Origin: an uncultured virus (IMG/VR IMGVR_UViG_3300023202_000249) | Lineage: Duplodnaviria > Heunggongvirae > Uroviricota > Caudoviricetes | IMG/VR virus record: IMGVR_UViG_3300023202_000249 | DNA length: 64,000 bases | Reading direction: 5' to 3' (one strand) | The notes under the pieces: model-generated | Databases searched by the model: none | What the model saw: only the letters and a program-made list of their open reading frames with translations | Told to the model about the DNA's origin: nothing | Program-made: the position numbers and the translations under genes | Shown here: in pieces, positions 1-8,998 of the stretch | How the letters are laid out: the number at the start of each line of letters is the position of its first letter | How positions within the stretch are numbered: the first letter of the stretch is position 1

Positions 1-416
1 CGCGCCGGCATCGAGCAGGACGCGCGCAACATCTAGTTCGCCCCGCTTCGCTGCCCGATGCAGCGACGTACGCTGCCTATGGTCGCGGGCGTCAACATCC
101 GCGCCATGTTGCAGCAGGATGCGCGCGATTGAAGAATGGCCGTACTCTGCTGCCCAATGCAGCGGCGTGGACTTCTCAATATCCCGCGCGTTGACCTTCG
201 CGCCGGCATCGAGCAGGACGCGCGCAACATCTAGTTCGCCCCGCTTCGCTGCCCGATGCAGCGACGTACGCTGCCTATGGTCGCGGGCGTCAACATCCGC
301 GCCATGTTGCAGCAGGATGCGCGCGATTGAAGAATGGCCGTACTCTGCTGCCCAATGCAGCGGCGTGCACTCCTCAGCATCCCGCGCGTTGACCTTCGCG
401 CCGGCATCGAGCAGGA
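1..416. repeat. 198-bp near-perfect tandem repeat (two ankyrin units per copy)
   Basis: cgcgccggcatcgagcagga recurs at 1, 199 and 397. Confidence 0.95.
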
Positions 417-891
417 TACGTGTGGCTTCCTCGTCCAGAGCGCCGAGCGCCCAGGGCACGTACCTATCGATTGCGATGATGTCCTCGACCGCCCGCGGGT
501 TCGCCCGCAACCATCTGATAGCGTCCTTGCAGGCACCGGCTTGTGCAGCACGGGCTATCCAGTTCTCGATTTGCATGGTTTTCTCCGAATAGAATAAGTG
601 ATAAAAGCGTTGCCCCACGTGAAATGAACCGACATGAGCGCCAATCTTATCAGGCAAAAAGTCCCCTGCCTCAAAAAACCTGAAGTAACATGGAACCAGT
701 TCGTGATCTGGATTGCCAATCGCCCAGATGCAAGGCCGATCCTCTCGGCACGCGAAATGAAGGACCTCGGCACCTTTCGGCATGAGAATACAGATATTGT
801 CGCTAAGAATTGCGGAAGTCGCAGCTAGTGCGCGAATCGCATTGACTGGAAAATCGTATTGGAAGATTTTCCTATTCCTAGATCTTTGCAT
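1..891 (-). CDS. Ankyrin-repeat protein, running off the window edge. A small phage-type domain (891-577) is fused in frame ahead of an internal RBS/ATG at 576.
   Basis: Manual translation (absent from the ORF track because it is open-ended): MQRSRNRKIFQYDF...ILMPKGAEVLH...CIWAIGNP...YSEKT-MQIENW...TPLHWAAEYGHSSIARILLQHGADVDARD repeats. GGAG precedes both ATGs. Confidence 0.85.
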   Translation of the reverse strand, partial: MQRSRNRKIFQYDFPVNAIRALAATSAILSDNICILMPKGAEVLHFACREDRPCIWAIGNPDHELVPCYFRFFEAGDFLPDKIGAHVGSFHVGQRFYHLFYSEKTMQIENWIARAAQAGACKDAIRWLRANPRAVEDIIAIDRYVPWALGALDEEATRILLDAGAKVNARDAEECTPLHWAAEYGHSSIARILLQHGADVDARDHRQRTSLHRAAKRGELDVARVLLDAGAKVNARDIEKSTPLHWAAEYGHSSIARILLQHGADVDARDHRQRTSLHRAAKRGELDVARVLLDAGA

Positions 892-904
892 GTCTTTCTC
901 CTCT

Positions 905-1117
905 TTAAAACATTGCCTCAATGGCTGAGACCTCTTCAAGGTACTTGGTCTCGTCCATTACTCCCGACAAAACCAGTGCCTCCAAAAAACCCTGTAGCTG
1001 GCTGTATGTGAGCAATAGCGAAACGCGATTCTCGCTGTCGGGCGATTGCTCGTATACGCCAGCAGCGTGTCGCAGCTTGGCCCTAAGAAACGCAAGACGT
1101 TGCTTGTAACAACTCAT
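905..1117 (-). CDS. hypothetical protein
   Basis: GAGGAG RBS; overlaps the upstream gene (ATGA); operon context. Confidence 0.7.
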   Translation of the reverse strand: MSCYKQRLAFLRAKLRHAAGVYEQSPDSENRVSLLLTYSQLQGFLEALVLSGVMDETKYLEEVSAIEAMF

Positions 1118-1398
1118 GGTTTTCTCCTCTTTCTGGACGCGCTTGCGGCGTCCAAATTTACAGAAACGGGAGGAAGCCTGACCAACTTCCTCCCCCCGGC
1201 ATCATCGGGCACGACCCTGACTCCGGGGACGAATACTACAGATTGCGTAAACTGTCCCTTTACCTGCTGCGTCGCCACCTGGACGATGGCTCCAACACCT
1301 TCAATCTCACACGCTTTGGCCCAATGCACCCATTGCGAGGTGCTCTCGAAATGCAACAACTGAAACCTGTCGTTGCCAATGTTAATAGTGTTACTCAT
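1114..1398 (-). CDS. hypothetical phage protein
   Basis: GAGGAG RBS; coupled to the next gene. Confidence 0.75.
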   Translation of the reverse strand: MSNTINIGNDRFQLLHFESTSQWVHWAKACEIEGVGAIVQVATQQVKGQFTQSVVFVPGVRVVPDDAGGRKLVRLPPVSVNLDAASASRKRRKP

Positions 1399-1422
1399 GG
1401 TCTTGCTCCTCTGTGTCGATTC

Positions 1423-2184
1423 TCATGTTCTTGTTCCTTTCGGTTCGGCGCAGGCTAGCATGCGGCAAATTGCGATATTCACATTTGGGGCATGAATCAC
1501 AAGGGGAATATTGCGCTTGGTCGATCCTACTTTTTGCGGTGGAGCGTAGACTGTGATATACCCTTCAGGCTTTCTTCCATTCCGATAACCCACGGCAGCC
1601 TTGATAACCTTTAGTGCATCTATCAGGAAATTCCCGTTTACGTTAACTTCGCCTGGAGCCGGATTATCCTCCAGGTCCTTCATTTCCGATATCGACATAG
1701 ATTTTTTGGTGAATCCCAGCGTTACGATTTTATCCTCTATTTCCTTCGGTTTGAACATATCCAGAATTCCTTCTAAATGGATATTTTTTATCTCCCTGTG
1801 CATCTTGTGCGCGCAGAGCACCTTTCGTATTGGTGGAATACGCGCGCCAGTACCCTTGTAGCATACAGACTCGAAAATATCATCGCGTAGTAGCGTGTAG
1901 AATTGATTTGTATCGATATCTATATTTCTGATGTGAAGCACGTCCTGCCGATACATTTGTCCAAGACGGTCACGGGTTTTTCTGTTAACCAAGACATCCA
2001 GGCTGCCCGGAACATCAAAATTAGCCTTGAAAGAAACTGCTCGAACGCCATCGGTAGCATATGCCCTATCCCCGTACACATGGACGTTAGATGTACAGTA
2101 GTGAGAGGTATCGGGTTTAGATGTGAATGGCATCACCTTTTTTGTAACGTACAGGAACTCCTTAAAAGGGACTTTAATGCTCAT
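1423..2184 (-). CDS. DNA sliding clamp (beta-clamp)-like protein, divergent
   Basis: AYATDGVRA motif and VNGNFLIDALK resemble DnaN subdomains; AGGAG RBS. Confidence 0.5.
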   Translation of the reverse strand: MSIKVPFKEFLYVTKKVMPFTSKPDTSHYCTSNVHVYGDRAYATDGVRAVSFKANFDVPGSLDVLVNRKTRDRLGQMYRQDVLHIRNIDIDTNQFYTLLRDDIFESVCYKGTGARIPPIRKVLCAHKMHREIKNIHLEGILDMFKPKEIEDKIVTLGFTKKSMSISEMKDLEDNPAPGEVNVNGNFLIDALKVIKAAVGYRNGRKPEGYITVYAPPQKVGSTKRNIPLVIHAPNVNIAICRMLACAEPKGTRT

Positions 2185-2231
2185 GATCTCGATCTTCTCC
2201 TTTTGGTTGTGGCTTCGCTCGCAGCCATGAG

Positions 2232-2323
2232 GCTGGAGATAGTGCCCCCATGTATCCCAGGGAGGGGGCCAGCCCTGATGAGCCTACCGCCGCGTCGTGA
2301 GGGGGAGATACGCGGCGGCAGGG
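2232..2323. repeat. Structured intergenic element B, copy 1
   Basis: Similar to 7367-7460; its left half also matches 29843-29890. Confidence 0.85.
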
Positions 2324-2326
2324 GAT

Positions 2327-2920
2327 CTAACCGTCTTCTTTGACCCAAAGAGAACACCCCTTGCGTCGCTGGACGCGAGCCGGGCACTTTCGCCAGCCGT
2401 AGTCGTGCGCCATGCGGGCCAGCGCGATGTCGGCGAGCTTTCGGGCGTCTGGCATGTAGTGCCCGCCCGCGTCCAGCGCTGCCTGAACCTCTTCCGTTGC
2501 CTCGCGGATGATCTCCCCATCCTCCGCGATCTCGCGCGGGAAGTGCCGAATAGCGTGTCCAAAAACCGTGTTGCGTGCTACGTGCGGTTTATCGGCTACC
2601 GACCAGTCTGCTCGGAACTCAGCCGCCCACAGGACCGCGTCGTCCACGCCGACGAGCGACAGCGCTACGGCGTTTTCTAGGTCGCGCTTGCGCAGAGATG
2701 CGCAAGGGAGATACGTCCACGCCTTCGGACGCCGACGGAAAAGAAGGCGAATGCGCTCAGCTCCGTCATACTTCCCCCGCTTTTGGGATACTTGGCGCAG
2801 CGAAAATCGGTCGCACCAGACAGTGGGAGCGAGTGCCACGCGGTCAGGGTGTTGGAACAGCAGAAGAGCTTCGCGAAAATCACGGTCGAGTGTTACAGTG
2901 ATGATTGTACACGGTTTCAT
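2327..2920 (-). CDS. hypothetical protein
   Basis: GAGGAG RBS; ATGA overlap with 2917-3309. Confidence 0.7.
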   Translation of the reverse strand: MKPCTIITVTLDRDFREALLLFQHPDRVALAPTVWCDRFSLRQVSQKRGKYDGAERIRLLFRRRPKAWTYLPCASLRKRDLENAVALSLVGVDDAVLWAAEFRADWSVADKPHVARNTVFGHAIRHFPREIAEDGEIIREATEEVQAALDAGGHYMPDARKLADIALARMAHDYGWRKCPARVQRRKGCSLWVKEDG

Positions 2921-3309
2921 CTTTGTCTCCTCTTTCTGGCCGCCGCGCTTGCGGCAGCCGCTTTTTGTGCGCGAGCGCGCCGCGCCTCTGGGGTCATCTT
3001 CATCGCCGCCTCGCGCTTGCGGCGGCCTCGTGTGTGTCTGTACCCATCAGCTACGGCGAGCGCCGTGTCGTACGGATCGACACCACACTCTAGAAGCGAG
3101 AGAGCGCGGAATTCGCGCAGCCACCTGCGCCCTTGTTGGGTGCGGATACGTACCCAGCCGAGATCCCGCAGCAGCAGGTCTAGCTGAGAGGTGAGCGCGC
3201 GACGCGCCGCGCGCCCAGCGCCGTGTAACCAAATCGCTAAGGCCTGCTCTTGCATCGCGTCCTGCCGCGCGACGCGATACGCGAAGTGGTGGCAAATAGG
3301 CCGATTCAT
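2917..3309 (-). CDS. hypothetical basic protein, possibly DNA-binding
   Basis: GAGGAG RBS; C-terminal MTPEARRARAQKAAAA. Confidence 0.7.
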   Translation of the reverse strand: MNRPICHHFAYRVARQDAMQEQALAIWLHGAGRAARRALTSQLDLLLRDLGWVRIRTQQGRRWLREFRALSLLECGVDPYDTALAVADGYRHTRGRRKREAAMKMTPEARRARAQKAAAASAAARKRRQR

Positions 3310-3331
3310 GCCTTTCTCCTCTCGATGTATC

Positions 3332-4975
3332 TCAATATCCGAAATGGTGAATGGAGCCCCAACGAGTAACCAATTTCTCCAGGGCTACTTCGCTACGCCA
3401 GTATCTCCCATTTAACTCGACTGCTACCGGAATCTTACTGTAGGCGGTGAGCTTCCTGAGGGACGAAATCCGGCTCTTGATCAAGATATTTACCCCATCC
3501 CTGGAGCGCCTGGCTGATAATACCGAAAATCTTGTTCGCCTGGATTCTCCGAAATCTATCAATTCCTCCCCGATCATTGCGCGCATACCATTAAATGGCT
3601 GGGCCTTGATGGTCAGGAGGATGCCGATATACGGCCTATGCCACCAGGCATCAGGGATGCGCAGGTATACTTTACTTACCTGAAGCAATCCGCCGAAGGT
3701 CTCGCTCGACTCAGCACGTAACATCCATCGCGCGCCCTCCAAAGATAGACGCCTGTAGGTATGCTCTGAGTGCGTCACGTTATCGGCTTCGTCGTCTCCA
3801 TCGTATACTGGGTATCCGGATCTCTTCAAAATGCTGGCCCATTCATCGCGCGAACGTCTACCAAACTCCAGGGAGAGCTGATAGATCGCCTTGGCGACTG
3901 AGGCAGCAGCACCGGTTGTGCCGTGACGACTAGAGGGCGTTCCATCGAGCCGCAGCCCCACATACGGCGCGCCAACTGCCATGAGTGTGGTCAGGTCCGG
4001 ATGTCGTTGTGCAAAAGGGCAGATCTGATCGACCACGGCGTGGGCAAGTTTAGCGCCGGTGAAATAGGTGAGCTTGGGTTGCGAAGCCCCGTACACCGCG
4101 GATACCGCTAAAACACCTGGAGTTGTAGCGGGCCACCCAATTCCGAGCGCCGATTCAGGGCCATGGTTGTTTCCGCATGATATGACCACTGGCACATCTA
4201 ATTGTTCGAGCGCCCGAACGCGATCCTCGAAATCTCTGCTGCTTAGCGGGTAGTCCCAGTTCCCCGCTGACACGGTAATGAGAGCCACTCGTATATCGTG
4301 CCTCTCTACATGATCTCTAACCATCGAGAGCGCCGCGATCAGATCTCGCGCATGGGCGCGACGCTTATACGCGCGATAGGATACGACCGGAACCTGCATG
4401 TTGGTGATTATCCCGGTGGCGTGCCCGTGGAGGTCCTCGGTTCCCCCAACAACGGAATACTTGGCCTCGATGAACTTCTCGGCAACGTCGGATGCCCCGG
4501 AGTCAATGACTGCAACCGTTTGCGCTTGAGTAGGAAAAATAGAGATGGCCAATACCAAAAGTACAATCATGGAGATGTTCATAAATCCGCGTCGCTTTAG
4601 TTCTTCCACCAATACTTCGGTTTTGAAGCCCTCAAGCGGATTAATCTCGTCGGAAGACTTGAGGGCAGCCGCGACGGCATTCCGAAATGAGATGAAGCTT
4701 TTTTTCCAGTCGTACGCGTCCTCTTCCCAAGATGTCGTGCCGTCTGGCTGCACGCGACCAAATCGTCCGGAATACCATGCATTCTTTACGGACCCTTCAG
4801 GGTTCTTTTGGACAAGGATCGACCCTGCTTTAATTTCATTTTCCCCTTCCTCCAAAAATAGGCCTTCAAACGCGTATCCATCGGATAATTCTTCTCGCAC
4901 GTTTGTGACCAACTTCGTCCAGCCCTCGCGTCGGCCAGAATTTACCTCATTGCAGATTTCCACGATGACTTTCAT
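3332..4975 (-). CDS. Subtilase (S8)-like protein. An unrelated ~130-aa domain is fused ahead of a signal-peptide-like segment.
   Basis: VAVIDSG, HGHAT, SCGN and HGTTGAAA correspond to the S8 Asp/His/oxyanion/Ser regions, with Thr in place of Ser. Confidence 0.75.
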   Translation of the reverse strand: MKVIVEICNEVNSGRREGWTKLVTNVREELSDGYAFEGLFLEEGENEIKAGSILVQKNPEGSVKNAWYSGRFGRVQPDGTTSWEEDAYDWKKSFISFRNAVAAALKSSDEINPLEGFKTEVLVEELKRRGFMNISMIVLLVLAISIFPTQAQTVAVIDSGASDVAEKFIEAKYSVVGGTEDLHGHATGIITNMQVPVVSYRAYKRRAHARDLIAALSMVRDHVERHDIRVALITVSAGNWDYPLSSRDFEDRVRALEQLDVPVVISCGNNHGPESALGIGWPATTPGVLAVSAVYGASQPKLTYFTGAKLAHAVVDQICPFAQRHPDLTTLMAVGAPYVGLRLDGTPSSRHGTTGAAASVAKAIYQLSLEFGRRSRDEWASILKRSGYPVYDGDDEADNVTHSEHTYRRLSLEGARWMLRAESSETFGGLLQVSKVYLRIPDAWWHRPYIGILLTIKAQPFNGMRAMIGEELIDFGESRRTRFSVLSARRSRDGVNILIKSRISSLRKLTAYSKIPVAVELNGRYWRSEVALEKLVTRWGSIHHFGY

Positions 4976-4995
4976 GTCTGGTCTCCCATTCTATG

Positions 4996-5073
4996 GCTCT
5001 TATTGGTGCCCCGTTGGTGTCGCGCCACGGGCAACGGCGCTCCAAACAGGCTGATTAGCCAGCCTGGGACATC
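4996..5073. repeat. ~78-bp direct repeat D, copy 1 (two hairpins)
   Basis: Matches 6070-6148 except for one G. Confidence 0.95.
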
Positions 5074-5082
5074 AGGCATCTC

Positions 5083-5511
5083 CTACCGCCCAGCGGCAGC
5101 CCAGTAGGAGTCCTTAAGTAGCTCGACCGGCTTGAATCGGCACGGGACGATCGACCAGCCACAATCCAGGTTTCCGCAAAGCTTCTTGCGGAGCTTCGCA
5201 AGGCTCTGCCGCTCGCCCTTCAGGTAGTGCTTGCCGTTACCGACAATGCAGGCATACATCGTCTTGCCGAGTATAGTCTCGCCCAGCGCGTCGACGGCCA
5301 TGTCCGCCGTGCATCCCCATTCCTGTTCGATTCGCCCAAGGTATTTACAGATCGCGAAGTCGCGCATTTTGCTTACGCCCTTGTCGCTGTACTTCAGGTG
5401 CTTCCGGTATTCCGGATTGCCCTTTAAAAGCGAGACTAAATGCTGCCCAAGTAGCCTGATCGTCTCGCCGCTTACTGACCTTACGGGTGTTTTTCTCTTT
5501 CGCTTTGCCAT
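5083..5511 (-). CDS. hypothetical protein
   Basis: GAGGAGG RBS; operon context. Confidence 0.75.
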   Translation of the reverse strand: MAKRKRKTPVRSVSGETIRLLGQHLVSLLKGNPEYRKHLKYSDKGVSKMRDFAICKYLGRIEQEWGCTADMAVDALGETILGKTMYACIVGNGKHYLKGERQSLAKLRKKLCGNLDCGWSIVPCRFKPVELLKDSYWAAAGR

Positions 5512-5526
5512 CTGCCTTCCTCCTCT

Positions 5527-5805
5527 TTACAGTAGTTTACTCAACTCAACTAGAGCGCCGAATGCCATCACAGTGAGCATCGGTAGCCATCCAAAACCCA
5601 CGACGTGGGCGCGCTTGCGTCGCCACGACAAGGGCACAACCCAGTATCCACTATCCGAGTCGCGAACCTCGAAGGGTTCATCCCATGACTCGGATAGAAT
5701 TCGCGCCGTGTAGCGCGCCGCGACTGGGCATTGCTCGCGGGCGCTGCGCGCGTTTGTATCTACGATGAAATCATACTGACTGAGTTGCATCTCGAATGCT
5801 TCCAT
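5527..5805 (-). CDS. hypothetical protein with a C-terminal transmembrane segment
   Basis: GGGAG RBS before ATG 5805; hydrophobic C-terminus. Confidence 0.65.
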   Translation of the reverse strand: MEAFEMQLSQYDFIVDTNARSAREQCPVAARYTARILSESWDEPFEVRDSDSGYWVVPLSWRRKRAHVVGFGWLPMLTVMAFGALVELSKLL

Positions 5806-5829
5806 TGTCGTTCTCCCGTTTTGCGGAGC

Positions 5830-5889
5830 GCCCAACAAGGCGCTCCAGTTTACGCTCGTTCCTCGCGAAACTGAGCTTGATCGTTAGCT
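5830..5889 (+). other. attC-like recombination site
   Basis: GCCCAAC aaggcgctCcagtttAcg...cgaaactgagcttgatc GTTAGCT: 60-bp imperfect palindrome with extra C and A in the 5' arm. Confidence 0.8.
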
Positions 5890-6069
5890 GTCTTCTTCCA
5901 CTTCTACCCACTCACCATCTACGAATTGCGCCTAGCGCGGGAATAAAACTAGCCCTAAATCTGTCCATCTCTCTAGCCTCCACAGCTAACAATTAATTGG
6001 CAACAGGTGAGGAACGCACGCGGCAACGACGGCCACGGGATCGTCCATGTCAACGCCTTCCATTCCCGC

Positions 6070-6148
6070 GCTCTTATTGGTGCCCCGTTGGTGTCGCGCC
6101 ACGGGGCAACGGCGCTCCAAACAGGCTGATTAGCCAGCCTGGGACATC
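6070..6148. repeat. direct repeat D, copy 2
   Basis: See 4996-5073. Confidence 0.95.
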
Positions 6149-6206
6149 TTGAAATGCAACAGCCCTGGCGATGTCCTAGATTATTCGAGCGCACCCTGTG
6201 GGGCTC

Positions 6207-7217
6207 CTACAAATCCCAGCGAGCCGTGAGGGACACGCCGGACGGATGATGCCATACCAGCTTCGCGTAGGTGCCGTTGTTCACGTACACCTCGTCGTCG
6301 TGGTCGATGTCTTCGGGGTCGTCGGTGTCTTCAGCCGGCCTGTGATAGGCCCACGAGACAGGCTCCACATCCACGTCTCCTTCCAGGTTTAGGGCCGCAA
6401 TCGATTCCCGGATCCCAGACAAGCACTTATATTGCCTGTCTGTCAGTGACTCTGCCGCCCCCGCCTCCCATTTATAGACGCGCTCCCAGCCTTCGGGCAA
6501 TCTCTCACAGAGCAGCGCCTTCAATTTGCCCTCGATTTCCGAAGCCGGCGCGAACCCGGCTGCATCGCGCTGCCGGAGCACCTCCGGTAGCTGCTGATAC
6601 AGCTGATCGTAGGCGTCCTTTTGCGCGCGCGCGGCCTCGGCGCGCTCTGCGAGCTTAGCGCGAAGCTCCGGCAACAACCGCTCTCGTGCCGCATCTAGTA
6701 TTCTTTCGCGCTCGGCTATGGCCTCAGCCTTGCGAGCCTCATATTGTGCGCGCAGATCGCCATCCACATACTGTAGGTGGCCATCCAAATCCGACGAAAT
6801 CATAGGGACCTCGACCGTGGTCGACACCACGGCGTCACGGGGGTAGCTCGTACCCCCCCCATTCTTGTCTAGCTGCACAATTTCGCGCTCGCGGCGCGTA
6901 GTTAGCGCCGCGCGAATGCGCGCGGTGGCATCCTCTTTGCGGGCCTCCACTCTGGCCTGCTCCTCGCGCTCGATGCGCTCCAGTTCGAGCGTGAGGCCCT
7001 CCACCGAGGGCTCCGTGAGCATGATACGAAAGGAGTGGCCGGATTCCGTCCAGAATGGCCTCGTGCAGTCGTGGCCATCCCACAAGCAACGAGCCAGCAG
7101 ATCGCGCTGACTCTGGGTGAGATTCGTTGGGTCCACGTCTAACAAAACCGTGCTAGAGGGGGCGTCGATGCCCAAGCGCAACGCCTCTTCCTGGTTTACT
7201 TTAAATAGCATCTTCAT
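6207..7217 (-). CDS. hypothetical protein
   Basis: AGGAGGAG RBS before MKMLFK (7217); long ORF. Confidence 0.8.
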   Translation of the reverse strand: MKMLFKVNQEEALRLGIDAPSSTVLLDVDPTNLTQSQRDLLARCLWDGHDCTRPFWTESGHSFRIMLTEPSVEGLTLELERIEREEQARVEARKEDATARIRAALTTRREREIVQLDKNGGGTSYPRDAVVSTTVEVPMISSDLDGHLQYVDGDLRAQYEARKAEAIAERERILDAARERLLPELRAKLAERAEAARAQKDAYDQLYQQLPEVLRQRDAAGFAPASEIEGKLKALLCERLPEGWERVYKWEAGAAESLTDRQYKCLSGIRESIAALNLEGDVDVEPVSWAYHRPAEDTDDPEDIDHDDEVYVNNGTYAKLVWHHPSGVSLTARWDL

Positions 7218-7366
7218 GATGTCTCCTCCTTTGCCGGGTTGTCCGGCATGTGTGTGTCCCTGTCCGCCAGCTGCCCATTGCAGCCGCCCAGCGCGCACCG
7301 CGTGGAGGTAGGGTTTCCTTGCGCGCCATCGCTCCGAGCCCCAGCGCGACTTCACGCGCGCCAGGG

Positions 7367-7460
7367 GCTGGAGATAGGTGCCCCCATGTATCCCAGGGAT
7401 GGGGCTGGCCCTGATGAGGCCGTAGCCGCGCCGTGAGGGGGAGATGCGCGGCTACGGCAG
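7367..7460. repeat. Structured intergenic element B, copy 2
   Basis: Same loop as copy 1 (cgtgagggggagat) on a stem of different sequence. Confidence 0.85.
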
Positions 7461-7466
7461 GATATG

Positions 7467-8528
7467 TTACTCCTCGGCGTACCCGCCGGCGAACCCGCGG
7501 ACGGGATCGCCGTAGATTCCCACGAGCCCGTTGGCCGGCGCCCACAACTCCATGAATAATTTCACCTGTTCGAATGTTCCCGAGCAGGTGTATTTCTCAC
7601 GGCCGTCCGGGGCCGGGATCGGGCCAGCAATGTACCCAAGGCCAAGCCGCGTAGCGGCCTCGGGTAATTCTGGGATAGGCTTATCTCGCCGCATGTCGCG
7701 GACCTCGTGCAGCGTCCACCCGCCTATAGTGAGCTTTTTTGCTGTGCGCAACTCCTGCTGCGCGTAGCGGATGTCCGCCAACACATCCGCCACCTGGCGA
7801 CCCTGGTACTTGGCGCGACTCTCTGCGCGCCATTCCATCAGATCGTCCGGTTCCACGCCCGGGCACTCGCCCCGGTAGGCGGCGCCGAGGCAGTGATCCG
7901 CGGCGGCGGCGAGAACGAGATCGTGCGGCACGATGGCATAGTCCCAGCAGCCGCCACACTCGTGGCCGGCAGTGTAGGTTCCGACGAGCCACCCCACGTC
8001 CCGCACCCGGACATATGCCCCTGGATGTATGCCATCTTCGATTTCGCTGGGAACGGTGCAGAGTTCGCGGCGCTGTTCTGAAACGACATGAGCGGAGTAC
8101 TCCCCGTCATGGCTGCCGGCGGAGACATGATCCCAGTCGAGGATGCGGTAAGAAGAGGCTGCAAAAGCCAGTCGCGCTAGCTCCGCTATCAATTGTCCGA
8201 TCGACGATGCCGGCAAAAACTCCGCCGGCGGCCGACCGTAGCCGGTGTCGCCGGGGCGGTGGTGGTCGATGACATGATCACGGGGCAATCCCGGGATCTC
8301 GCACTCGACCCACCGGATCGAGTGCGGGTCCACGCCGCCAGGCAGCGGTGTGTACACGGCGCCATCGGCACCGATCACACCATCGGCCCGGTAGGCGGAC
8401 CCGGGGTGCACGCGGCGACCGTCAGCCGTCGCGTAGAGGACGGCCTCGTCGGCCGCCCGGAGGATGCGCTCGATCGCCTCCATTTCGGGGTCGGGTGCCC
8501 CGAGGGCCCATATGCGGGATCTGTTCAT
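7467..8528 (-). CDS. Hypothetical protein with a DHH-like motif, possible phosphoesterase
   Basis: LGAPDPEM, VECE, IDHH and terminal YGDPVRGFAGGY. Confidence 0.75.
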   Translation of the reverse strand: MNRSRIWALGAPDPEMEAIERILRAADEAVLYATADGRRVHPGSAYRADGVIGADGAVYTPLPGGVDPHSIRWVECEIPGLPRDHVIDHHRPGDTGYGRPPAEFLPASSIGQLIAELARLAFAASSYRILDWDHVSAGSHDGEYSAHVVSEQRRELCTVPSEIEDGIHPGAYVRVRDVGWLVGTYTAGHECGGCWDYAIVPHDLVLAAAADHCLGAAYRGECPGVEPDDLMEWRAESRAKYQGRQVADVLADIRYAQQELRTAKKLTIGGWTLHEVRDMRRDKPIPELPEAATRLGLGYIAGPIPAPDGREKYTCSGTFEQVKLFMELWAPANGLVGIYGDPVRGFAGGYAEE

Positions 8529-8540
8529 GATTTTCTCCTC

Positions 8541-8646
8541 TCGTTCGGCGCGGGCTCATTCCCGCGCTCTCTCACTGCCCCGAGCCCCTGCGCGCCGTCA
8601 CGCGCGCCAGGGGCTGGAGTCGACCTTGCCGGGGTCAGGCCTCGGC
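8541..8646 (-). repeat. Leader repeat A (two hairpins next to the RBS), full copy
   Basis: Identical to 10832-10937 and similar to 8893-8998; partial copies at 7335-7373, 10280-10300, 11133-11168, 11757-11795 and 28238-28275 (+). Confidence 0.95.
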
Positions 8647-8874
8647 AAGGTCGACTCCAGCCTCGTCAGCGTCGCACGCAATAATGACATGCGCGTCGTC
8701 TCCGTTGTCTCGGATGACGAGCCTCCACGCCGGCGGCTCGTTCTGCAGCAGGTTTACTGCTGCCTCGGTCTCGAGTCTCGCCAGCGTGGAGGCGTTCTCC
8801 ACTGCCACATAGATATCTATGTGGCGGGGCAATGACTTAATAATGTCTCTCAATGCCTCATGCTTGTATCGCAT
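8635..8874 (-). CDS. hypothetical protein
   Basis: Lies between two A repeats; GGGAG RBS. Confidence 0.7.
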   Translation of the reverse strand: MRYKHEALRDIIKSLPRHIDIYVAVENASTLARLETEAAVNLLQNEPPAWRLVIRDNGDDAHVIIACDADEAGVDLAEA

Positions 8875-8892
8875 GTCTGTCTCCCTCTGCTC

Positions 8893-8998
8893 TCGGCGCC
8901 GGGCTCATTCCCGCGCCGCTCTCAATGCCTCGAGCCCCTGCGCGCCATCACGCGCGCCTGGGGCTGGAGTCGACCTTGCCGGGGTCAGGCCTCGGCGC
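8893..8998 (-). repeat. Leader repeat A, second full copy
   Basis: Direct comparison with 8541-8646. Confidence 0.95.

Noticed and set aside
33..592. ORF-track proteins 33-230, 231-551 and 119-592, with apparent in-frame stops suggesting recoding
   Set aside because: They are alternative-frame or antisense shadows of the ankyrin ORF, which has no internal stop
2275..2330. Hammerhead ribozyme (CTGATGAG followed by a stem; also at 7411)
   Set aside because: No GAAA follows the stem in either copy, and the motif is on the non-transcribed strand
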